Origin: Octopus sinensis
Lineage: Eukaryota
Reading direction: 5' to 3'
Assembly (NCBI RefSeq): GCF_006345805.1
Contig: NC_042999.1
Span: forward strand, 22,568,001 to 22,632,000
DNA: 64,000 bases
Below are positions 36,570 through 47,170 of the stretch, one piece after another. The notes beneath the pieces are model-generated. The model worked only from the letters and a program-made list of their open reading frames with translations. It did no database searches and was not told the DNA's origin. Position 1 is the stretch's first letter. Every line of letters starts with the position of its first letter. Made by a program: the position numbers and the translations under genes.

Positions 36570-37272
36570 AGCTGCATAGAATTGCCGAGCTCTAATTGTG
36601 AAGGGAACCTGTAAAAGGGGTAGACCCAGGAAGACATGGGACAAAGTGGTAAGAAAGGATCTTCAGACGCTGGGCCTCACCGAAGAAATGACAAGGGACC
36701 AGGAGTTGTGGCGATTTGCTACGACTGGCACCCATGCCAACCTCCCTTCATTGGACACTAAACTCTGCTTGCAAAGACCTGTTGGGGCAAGTGAAATCGA
36801 AATTGAACCAAATTCGATGACTGGCACCCGTGCCAGTGGAGCGCTGACAGCTCCATCCGAGCGGGATCACTGCCAGAGCAGCTGTCTGGCTTCTGTGCGG
36901 TGGGCACGTAAAAAGCACCTTTTCAGCATGATCGTTACCAGCGTCGCCTTACTGGCACGTGAAAAAAAACATTCAAACGAGGTCGTCGCCAGTGCCGCTG
37001 GACTGACTCCTGTGCAGGTGGCAAGTAAAGAAACACCATTTCGAGTGTGGCCATAACCAGTACCGCCAAACTGGCCCTCATGCAGGTGGCACGTAAAATA
37101 ACCCACTAAACTCACGGAGTGGTTAGCGTTAGGAAGGGCATCCATCTGTAGAAACTTTTCCAGATCAGACTGGAGCCTGGTGCAGCCTCCTGACTTCCCA
37201 GATCCCAGTCGAACCTCCAACCCATGCTTGCATGGAAAACAGACGTTAAACGATGATGATGATGATGATGAA
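36570..37272 (+). mobile_element. RTE LINE 3' fragment (GRPRKTW...) with 3' UTR
   Basis: ORF 36598 begins KGTCKRGRPRKTWDKVVRKDL and ends in the shared RTE tail. A similar fragment lies at ~57700-58075. Confidence 0.8.
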
Positions 37273-38451
37273 GACATGTCCAACTAAGTAAAATTACTGT
37301 AATCCATGCATACAGGCTTGTCTCTTATAGGTGCCAGGGCCACATAAAATGCACCTGTGTCAGTGCTGTGTAAACATGCCTGTGCTGGTAGCAGGTAAAT
37401 AGCAATCAGCACACTGTGTAAAGTCTGTGAAGTGGTTGGCATTAGGAGGGGCATCCAGCTATACAAAGCATGCCACAACAGACAATTACAGTCCATATAG
37501 CGCCCCAGCTGGCCAGCTCCTATCAAACCGTCCAGCCCATGGAACATGGACATTAAACGATGATGATGATGATGAATAGCAGCAGCTCATTTCTTCCTTC
37601 TCCTCTATAAAAAAAAACTATAAAAAAAAGGCTTTACTCTTTTACTTGTTTCAGTCATTTGACTGTGGCCATGCGGGAGCACCGCTTTTAGTCAAGCAAA
37701 TCGACCCCAGGACTTATTCTATCGGTCTCTTTTGCCGAACCACTAAGTTATGGGGACGTAAACACACCAGCATCAGTTGTCAAGGGATGTTGGGGGGACA
37801 AAAACAGACACATAAACATACATATATACATATATATGACGGGCTTCTTTCAGTTTCCGTCTACCAAATCCACTCACAAGGCTTTGGTCGGCCCGAGGCT
37901 ATAGTAGAAGACACTTGCCCAAGGTGCCACACAGTGGGACTGAACCCAGAACCATGTGGTTCGTTAGCAAGCTACTTACCTACACTTTGTTCACACTTTA
38001 AAACAAATGATGGAAGCACTCCGTCGGTTACGACGATGAGGGTTCCGGTTGATCCGAATCAACGGAACAGCCTGCTCGTGAAATTAACGTGTAAGTGGCT
38101 GAGCACTCCACAGACACGTGCACCCTTAACGTAGTTCTCGGGGATATTCAGCGTGACACAGAGAGTGACAAGGCCGGCCCCTTGAAATACAGGTACAACA
38201 GAAACAGGAAGTAAGAGTGAGAGAAAGTTGTGGTGAAAGAGTACAGCAGGGATCACCACCATCCTCTGCCGGAGCCTCGTGGAGCTTTTTAGGAGTTTTT
38301 GCTCAATAAACACTCACAATGCCCGGTCTGGGAATCGAAACCGCGATCCTATGACCGCGAGTCCGCTGCCCTAACCACTGGGCCATTGCGCCTCCACATT
38401 TAAAACAAATATCATGATTGCAGCAAACAACCAGAAATACAAAGAACTTAC

Positions 38452-38644
38452 ATAATCTCTTGTGGTGACTGCTGCTGCTGCTGCTGCATCTGGGGTGCAG
38501 CTTCGGAACCAGTTGACAAGTGTGGGGCAACCCATTTGAATTTGTTCTGTTGCTGTGGTTGCATCTGCTGGCGATTATTGGATTGGAACACATTTCCTCT
38601 GGCTTCTCTGCTTTCATAATTATCAAAATTAAGCTGCCTTTGAC
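38452..38644 (-). CDS. NUP42: NUP42 exon 2 (QRQLNFDNY...NKFKWVAP...QQQQQQSPQEI)
   Basis: TTCTATAG acceptor, AT|GTAAGT donor, 193 nt, phase 1-2. Confidence 0.9.
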
Positions 38645-39147
38645 CTATAGAAGAAAAAAACAATTTAAATAATTAAAAAACATAACAGTATTCCCTTTAC
38701 TCTTTTCTCTTTTACTTGTTTCAGTCATTTGACTGCGGCCATGCTGGAGCACCGTCTTTAGTCGAGCAACTCGACCCCGGGACTTATTCTTTTTGTAAGC
38801 CCAGTACTTATTCTATCGGTCACTTTTTGCCGAACCGCTAAGTGACGGGGACGTAAACACACCAGCATCGGTTGTCAAGCAATGCTAGGGGAACAAACAC
38901 AGACACACAAACACACACACATACATGTATATATATATATACATATATACGACAGGCTTCTTTCAGTTTCCGTCTACCAAATCCACTCACAAGGCATTGG
39001 TCGGCCCAGGGCTATAGCAGAAGACACTTGCCCAAGATGCCACGCAGTGGGACTGAACCCGGAACCATGTGGTTGGTTAGCAAGCTATTTAGCACACAGC
39101 CACTCCTGCGCCTATGTAGTATGTAGTAATTATAACTACAGCACATA

Positions 39148-39705
39148 CAGGGTGAGGCAGAGAGATGTTTTTGAAATGGCTATTACTCAGCCTCAGAGGA
39201 AGGGATATATGTCTAACAGGTACCATTTGGTCCATGGTGTCCTAGCATCCTTTTTTTTGATTTTCAGGTGAAGCCTGTTGTGGATGATGATAGAGCATCG
39301 TGCGTTTGCCTGCAACAGTTACACATCAGACAAGCTTTGATACGGAGTCTGAATTGCTCGACCCTGAGGCATTCCATTGAACTTGGCATTGGAAATCAAT
39401 CAGTAAGGTGTATTTTGCATGAAGACCTGCATTTCCACCCATAGAAATTGGTCATTGGGCAACAGGTGAAACCATGGGGCTATGCACAGAGCAATGCTGG
39501 AGAGTGTGGAGGGCCAACTTCCAAGAATGCCTTCAGAAATGCATCAATGAAAACGGACACCAAATGATGGATGTTGTTTTCCACACTTGATTTTGACAAA
39601 TGCTAATTCAATTTGAATTCATTAATGTCAATAAATTTTATTTGCTGCTAAAATTAATGATTTCGTGAATTTTTCCAAAACGTCCATCCTCTCTGCCCCA
39701 CCCTG
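39148..39705. mobile_element. Tc1/mariner non-autonomous element
   Basis: TIRs CAGGGTGAGGCAGAGAG / CTCTCTGCCCCACCCTG with TA on both sides. Confidence 0.8.
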
Positions 39706-40156
39706 TACCATTAATAACAAGACATGGGTTCAAGACCCAGTGGGCTATCATATTTAATAGAGGTACTCCTACAGGACCACAGCTCAATAGCTAGAACCCA
39801 TAAAAGGGACCAATTAAACGACAGGGGATGTTGACAGAAATATCCTATTTTAAGCACAAGGCCTAAAATTTGCAAAGAGGGGAGCTAGTCAGTTGCTTCA
39901 ACCCCAGTGCTCAGCTAGTACTTATTTTGTTAACTCTGAAAGGGTTTGAATTCAGAATGTAAAGACAGGACAAAAAGTACCCCTAGAATTTTGTCTGGCT
40001 TGCCACCTTAATGTTAACTGAAATATAATTTCTTTTTTCATTTTTTTTTAAAACCAAGTTCAGTCCCACTCCATGGCACCTGGGGCAAATGTCATTTACT
40101 ATAGCCTCGGGCCGACCAGAGCCTTGTGAGTAGATTTGGTAAACAGAAACATCTAT

Positions 40157-40510
40157 CGGCGGTGTATTTTTCATTTGTCACTGTTGCTTATGACATTGTT
40201 CGTGCGTTTGTACTGGTTTTAGGGTTAGGGTTGTCATAAATAACAGTGACAAACAAAAAATACACCACCGGAAGTTCTTGTTGACAAACAACGGCAGTAA
40301 TTTTATTCAGCTGAATACACATTATTGATTGGTTGAAATTACCGAAATAGGACTACTTTAACGTGAAATTCATTTGTAAATAAAAGTTTTTCTCAAAAGT
40401 ACTAAGAGTAAAACATGTTTTATATGACACATTCTACCAGTGTTCGAAATTTGAAAATGTTTAGTTACAAAAAATTATTTTTAAAATCTGTAAATCAAAA
40501 GGTAAAGATC
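40157..40510. mobile_element. MITE-like element with a ~39-bp-arm hairpin around TTAGGGTTAGGG
   Basis: CGGCGGTGTATTTTTCATTTGTCACTGTTGCTTATGACA / TGTCATAAATAACAGTGACAAACAAAAAATACACCACCG. The downstream part is homologous to the 12568-12989 element. Confidence 0.65.
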
Positions 40511-41130
40511 CGCTATGTTTATACTTTATCACCAAAACACAATTCTTACACGATAACATCATATTAAAAAATATAGTGAAAGAAAATGCCAAAATAAAAG
40601 GGAGAAGAAAGAAGAGTCTATATTTCAACCTTTATAACTAAGACATCAATATTCACAGTTTAACTCAAAGACGGACCTGGCGCACAGTCACCACCCCATC
40701 CCGAAACCGACCTTTCTGATTTCTTTTTTTTCTTGAATGAATGAATGGATGGGTGGGTGGGTGGATGGATGGATGGATGGATGGATAAGCAGCCTTTTTT
40801 ATTATAGTACAGATGTGACTAGTTCGGGGAAACATTACTTTCATTATTCACACATTGTCACTCTTGTAATGCAATACTTTTTAATTTTAGTTCAAATTGA
40901 AAATGTGAAACTATTTTCACTTCCTAATGAAACTTGATCGTTGTAGTGCAGTGTTTTTCAAATGACTAAAGCTGGTTGTTAAGATAATGCAGGAAATATG
41001 TAAATGAAAAAGTTTATTTGGAAGCCGAAACATTACTGAATCTTTTGATACTCCATACATCAAAATCAGCAACTCAGTTTTCGAATGCATAAAGAACATA
41101 CGCATGCACACACACAAACTCCATTTTCAC

Positions 41131-41174
<44 letters not shown>

Positions 41175-41390
41175 CATGATAGATCGTTACCCACTACACA
41201 CATTTTTTTCTCTCCTTGTTTTTTCTGTGTCCCTTTCTGTAGAAGAGCGTAGGCTCGAAACGTAAAAGACTTTTTCTATTCTTGAGCATGATACTAATAC
41301 ATCTGTTTGTTTTGTACACCACCTGTCTTCGTCTTTTGCTTTTTTCATGAACTCTCCCTATATATATATATATATACACACACATATATA

Positions 41391-42510
41391 GGGTGCATAA
41401 GGTATTTGAGGACATACCTTTTTTGGGGTCATTGCTGCATATTCTGCTAACTCTGTATAATCTCAATTTCACAAAATAATTAATGGCAGACCCTCAGCTT
41501 ACTCAAAAAATGAAGAGGCATGCTGTTATTGTGGTTATAAAGGCTGAGCATAGCAATTTAGAAATATCTCAATTTTTAAAAGTTGCCAGGTCTTTTGTCT
41601 ACAGAGTTTGTAAAGAGCTAGAAACTGAAGATGGAAATATATACCCAGTATCAAAGCATAAAAAGCATTCTAAACACTCTGAGATCATTAGAATACCTGA
41701 ATTTATCCAGCAAGTTCAACAGACTATTGATTACAATCCCAGAAAGTCCATGAAGTCAATTGCAAAAGATCTCTATGTATCAGAGGGAACAGTCAGAAAT
41801 GTTGTCCAAAAAGATGATGAGGAAAGGTCAAGATTTTATTTGGTTTTTCTCAAACAAGTAAAACTTCAACCAAAATGAAGAAATGATGGTTATGTGCAGA
41901 CCCTTCTGAAGTTCCAAGTGTTTTGCATACAAAATTTCCTGCAACTGTCCTGGTTTTGGGGGTTGTCAGCAATGAAGAACATGTGATGCCTCCTTACTGC
42001 TTTCCACATGGCCTCAGAGTTAACTCTGCTGCCTACACTGAGGTCCTGGAAATAGACAGTGTATGCAATGGAATACTATATGTGTTTCAGTAAGACTCTG
42101 CACTATCACACATGGCTCTAGTAACACAGGAATGGATGGCTGAAAATTTTCATGATCACATAACCCCTAACATTTGGCTTCCTAGTTACCCAGATTGCAA
42201 TCCATTGGAGTATTACATGTGGAGCATTGTTGATAGAGAGGTCAATGAACACGTCCATAACACCAAAGATTCTTTGAAAGCTGCCATAGCCAGAGTAATG
42301 TCCAAATGAACCAGGACCATTTGATTCGAGCATGTAGATGATTTAGATCTCATATAGAAGCAGCTGTTAAAGCTGAAGGTGGCTTTATTAAATAACATTA
42401 TAGAAAAGGTTTATTTTTTATCTTCATAGCATTTTTTGATAAATAAAGTTATCCGTTTTTATATGTTCTTTTTATAAACATAAATTTGTCCTCAAATATC
42501 ATACGCACCC
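41391..42510 (+). mobile_element. Tc1/mariner transposon (DD37D/maT-like), decayed transposase at 41483-42309
   Basis: 24-bp TIRs GGGTGCATAAGGTATTTGAGGACA / TGTCCTCAAATATCATACGCACCC with TA flanks. HTH-like N-terminus, then Q*DSALSH...WLPSYPDCNPLEYYMWS with 37 residues between the last two acidic catalytic positions. Stops and frameshifts present. Confidence 0.9.
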
Positions 42511-44094
42511 TATATATATAGTGTGGTAAGAAACTTGCTTCCTAACCACATGGTCCAGGCTCAGTCTCACTTCGTGGCACCTTGGGCAAGTGTCTTCTAT
42601 AGCCTCAGGTCGACCAAAGCCTTGTGAGTGGATTTGGTAGACAGAAACTGAAAGAAGCCCGTCGTATATATGTATGCGTGTGTATATGTTTGTCTCCCCC
42701 ACGATCGCTTGACAACTGATGCTGGTGTGTTTACGTCCCCGTAACCTAGCGGTTCGACCAAAACAGACCGATAGAACAAGTAGCAGGCTCACAGAGAATA
42801 AGTCCTGGGGTCGAATTTCTTCGACAAAAGGTGGTGCTCCCGCATGGCGGCAAATGACCGAAACAAGAAGATATATATATATGGGGGGTGTGAGAGAGAG
42901 AGAGCGTGAGTTGTCCATAAGTCAGAAACAAAAACATACTCAATATAAGAAATAGAGCGGGTATATTTTTTAATATATTACGATTATGGTATGTAACTGC
43001 TCAGAATGATACGTCGATTTCGCGTGGAATATAACCACCAGAATATCTGAAGATACGTCAATATTCGAGGCAAAACCAAAGGGTAACATTCTACCCAGTT
43101 ATATGCCACAGACACAAATATTGACAACGTATATAAGTATAGGCATCACTATGATGATTAAGGGTGTTAGTCACGTCTATACTCGTGTCTTGGTTGTAAA
43201 TTGCGAATAAGCCACCTTAATAATTTATATACATATTACTTTCATTTTTGGTTCAAAGAACGAAATATACAATTACATGTTATCTATCTATATATATATA
43301 TATATATATATAATACGACGATGTGAATATGGTATGAAACGTCTTACACAACGAAGTAAGCAAAAACACTAGCTTTTACTTACTGAGCTTAATAAACTAA
43401 ATTTTTAAAAAGAAATTTCAAAGCTGACACGAAATGAAGAGATGGCTATTATAAGAACGTTAGGAAAATAAAAAGTGAAACTAAAGAAGTATTTTGACCG
43501 ACGCAATTAAGTATTTCTTCATCTAATTTCAACTTAGTTTGATCATTTTCACCAGAGTCTCAACAGAGAAAACAAAATGAAAACTTTTACGTTGTTCGGT
43601 CACATTCGAAAATTTATCTGGAACGGGTTTGTTTAAAAAAAAAATACGTAGTATATATTCATTCAAGACGCACACAGATTTTACGCAGAACTTGATGGGA
43701 GATATAATGAAAGCAGCGCCATTTCGGCAATCTTTCGTTTGTAGTAGACCTTTCCGTCGATTTCCGTAAAAAAGTTGTTTTTTTTTTTACATATGGGCTT
43801 GCGAGAACTTTTGAAGTAATGAGAGCGAAAGAGACTAAGAGAAAGCGATTGTATGACGAGGGAAGTTCTTTTGAAGTTACCGTGCATGGGAGCATTGATG
43901 TACATGTGTGTGTGTGTGTGTGTGTGTGTTTGATGGGATGTGGGAGACAGACAGTATGTTGTGTAATCGACGGAAAGGTCTACTAGAGACGAAAGATCGC
44001 CGACCGACATTTCCCCCCAAAAGAGGAATAAACATGCGACGAAAGTCAAGTTGAAGGTAAACGTAAACAACGTAAAGAAATTGATTTGACTTAC

Positions 44095-44212
44095 TGTTAT
44101 TGCCGCCGCCGCCACCGCCTCCGCCACCGCCACCGCCGCCTTTTGTATGTTCAAACCAGCATTTATAACCATAACGGCAATTTCCTTGCAGAAAATACTT
44201 ACAAACAACCAT
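44095..44212 (-). CDS. NUP42: NUP42 exon 1: CCCH zinc finger plus Gly13 (MVVCKYFLQGNCRYGYKCWFEH...)
   Basis: ATG at 44212, C-x7-C-x5-C-x3-H finger, A|GTAAGT donor, phase 1. The eight exons sum to 1371 nt (456 aa plus stop). Confidence 0.95.
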
Positions 44213-44573
44213 ATTTAACTACTTTTACTTTTCTCTTTTACTTCTACTTCAGCAGAAATCTTAATTATCTGTTATTTTAGGTTAAGTAAGATTATACAGT
44301 ATCTTGTTTCATTTCATGACCCCGAGAGGATGTCCGAATGTATAAATGTATTAAATGTATAAATACTCTTATGATATATATACATAAAGGCTTAAAGGAA
44401 AGTTATTAGATTGCAAGTGTCTGTTATGATGTGATTTGAAAGTGATTAACGGAAGTCTTTAGAGTTATCTCCCCCTTCTGGTAGCGCACCGAGAAATAAA
44501 TTGAAAGCGCTTTATTAGGTCTCTCTCTGTAAGGTGTGTCATAAGTGAAAGTCTTTGAGACCGCGTGGCTATA
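44213..44573. promoter_or_regulatory. Putative bidirectional promoter of NUP42 and PDCL3
   Basis: The two start codons face away from each other 361 bp apart. ETS-like CGGAAGT at 44450-44456. No repeats inserted. Confidence 0.75.
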
Positions 44574-44579
44574 ATGCAA
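44574..44579 (+). CDS. PDCL3: PDCL3 exon 1 coding part (MQ)
   Basis: ATGCAA|GTAAGT with a strong donor. Phase 0 joins DPNEDTQW to give the family N-terminus MQDPN. Confidence 0.8.
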
Positions 44580-46724
44580 GTAAGTCTAAGCTTCATCTTT
44601 TTTTTCTATTAAATAGTTTCACATTTGTATATATATATATAGAGAGTATCCGAACGATTACCGGTTGACGCTACTAACTTGATGGTGTTATGGAGTAACT
44701 ATTGCTAGCCTTATGTGGTGGGGGAGGAATACAAGAAATTGTTCGTTTGACCTGAGCAAAGAAACAAAAGAAAAATAGTGTAATAGGTGTAAAACAACTT
44801 GCTCTAAACGAACATGAAAAAAAAACCTTAAAAAATGCGCACTCGCGAAAGGGATGTTGGGGGAGAGGACTCGGAAAATTCACCTCGGGAACTACCTCGT
44901 AAATGTCTTTTATCTCCTAGATAAGACAAAAGTTAATTTTTAATCAGCCAAGGATTCATTATATACTATAATGAATCATATGAATTAATGGCACTCAGAT
45001 CGTAGCTATTAAGTTACACAATACTAGCAGAAAACCATTTTGATTCTAGACCTGTAATAACTCGTAAATCTACCCGTAAAACCTTTGATCTGTCAGTTTT
45101 CATGCCATCAGAGTTTTGTAAATTGTAACCAATTTAAGGATAGGCCAGCATTGAATATAACGTGCCTATGTTGAATCAAGGATAGTCTTTTGAATAGTCA
45201 TTCTACTGGCATTCGGAAAACATGTACCAAAACTATTATTTTTCCTATGGATAAAAAATAAACGTTAAAACACGCCGTTCAACCACCACTGTCCTTCACT
45301 AAATCTGACAATCTGTGTCTGATTGCCTTCGGGGTCGATAAATTAAGTACCAGTTGTGTACTGGTTCGATCTGATCGACTGCCCCCTCCCCAAAAATTTC
45401 GGACCTTGTGCCTAGAGTAGAAATTAATCTATCTGATTGAGGGACTGTGTGTGCTTTTTCTTACACATTTTTACATTATTCTTCTCTGTTTACTTTTGTA
45501 ATTTATAAATTTTATTCCTAATACTGGTGTATTAGCTTTTACAGGCTTAAACAATCCAACAAATAGTTTACAACCCCAGGCAAATAAACCGATTAATTCC
45601 CCACTTGTATTCAACACTAATCGAAAATTCTCTATATTCATACATTTAAGTATAATTTATAAAGGACCCCTCTCGCTCTCTCGCTGCTGTTTAGGAGTGT
45701 TTTGTTGCTTTGAATATTCTGAAAATCTTACGATTAATAGTTTGGTAGTGAAGGAAGCTGACACTTCACAATCGCAATGTTATATTTGTCAGATTTTTTT
45801 TTCTTTTTACGGCTTACGATAAAACGTACATAATTTGTTTGATATGAGAGACAGTAAAGGTATTAAGCTAATTTTTGCATTAGAAATTATAAATAGAATA
45901 TTCTTAAAATTATAATGGTAATTACACTAAATGCATAAAATCAAGTCTTAACGGGGGGGAGGGGAAACGACGCTTTTCGACATCGAAAAGTTTTGGGGAA
46001 TTTTTTGTTTTTTGTTTTTTTAGCAGTAATTATAGTACTAGTCACTTATTATCTCATCTTGTCTTCTTGTTAATAAAACTACAGAGCTACAAGTGTGTCG
46101 ACTCTAAACAATCGTTCGGAGTTGGGCTCTTACCATATAAGGAAAAGCCCTTCAGTTGCATGGCGTTTAGAGTTTGAATAGTTTCGTGTACTCTTCATTG
46201 CATTCGATTTAAACTCAGAATCCGTAGTAAATATAACATCAAAGGAAAAACGACAGGATGTCCGAAAAGGTTGAGGCCTGGAATTAACCCCTAATATTGT
46301 TTAAATTTCGCTTTATGTGTCAAATTTCACTGCTGTCATCTCTAACTGTCGCCCCTCTCGTGCTCTGGCTTTTCGCCTTTCGTAACTTAACGTTTTTCGC
46401 AGTATAACGGTTTACAAACGCCCTCTTCGTTTATTTTGCAAAATAAAACAAACACGGTGTGGGGTGAGCAATTATCAAACAGATTCTGACTTTTGTAGTG
46501 GTTTTCTTATACTATCCCGTTCAGCACGTGTCTCATTGTAATTTTTTGTACTGCCTATGTTACATTGTTGATCACATTTTCTACTGATAACACAACATAC
46601 TTTTTATATTCTAATCCCGACGAAGTTTTTTTTTTTTTTTTTCCTGTGGAAAACACTCCTCTGCTAAGGGTCGCTACTGTCCGGATTAAGAACCACTGCT
46701 CTAAGGATTCGAAAGAATTCAAGA

Positions 46725-47170
46725 GGCGGACGTAAAGAATGTGGACCACATCCCCCCCCCCCACCTCTTTTTTTTTGTTGTGTTTTTTTTAAGGAATCTC
46801 CCTATTTTCGAGTACGGAGATTCTGATTCTGCCAAAAAAAAACGGCATTTAAAAATTTTTATCCTCCCCATAATTGTTAGTTTTAGGGTTAGTGTTAGGG
46901 TTGGGGGGGGGGGTTAAATTAAAATTTTACAAATTTTTTTTTCAGAATCATAATCCCCGTATTTTTCTACGTATTTCGGAAAAAAAAAAAAAAAAAAACA
47001 TTTCTGAAAAAAGAGAAAATTGAAGAATTGGTGGAGAATTAAAATTTTTAAATGCTTTTTTTTTTTTTGGAGAATCAGAATTTCCGCACTCCAGAAATGG
47101 GGGATTCTGTAAATAAAAAATTTTTTTAAATAAACCAAAGTGGGGTGCAGTCCACATTCTTTACGTCCAC
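46725..47170. mobile_element. Fold-back MITE with ~150-bp imperfect inverted arms and a TTAGGG-like core
   Basis: GGACGTAAAGAATGTGGAC / GTCCACATTCTTTACGTCC termini. Subterminal GATTCTGATTCT..AAAAA..GCATTTAAAAATTTT is mirrored on the right arm. Confidence 0.8.

Noticed and set aside
43315-43350. GAAACGTCTT as a third hammerhead
   Set aside because: No CUGANGA core or stem II upstream.
43681-44208. 175-aa ORF overlapping NUP42 exon 1 in another frame
   Set aside because: Starts at TTG, is an off-frame reading of the GGC repeat, and continues through intron and (CA)n sequence.
46686-46708. hAT/Buster-like right end (TTAAGAACCACTG followed by CTCTAAGG)
   Set aside because: No matching left TIR or duplicated target site was found.
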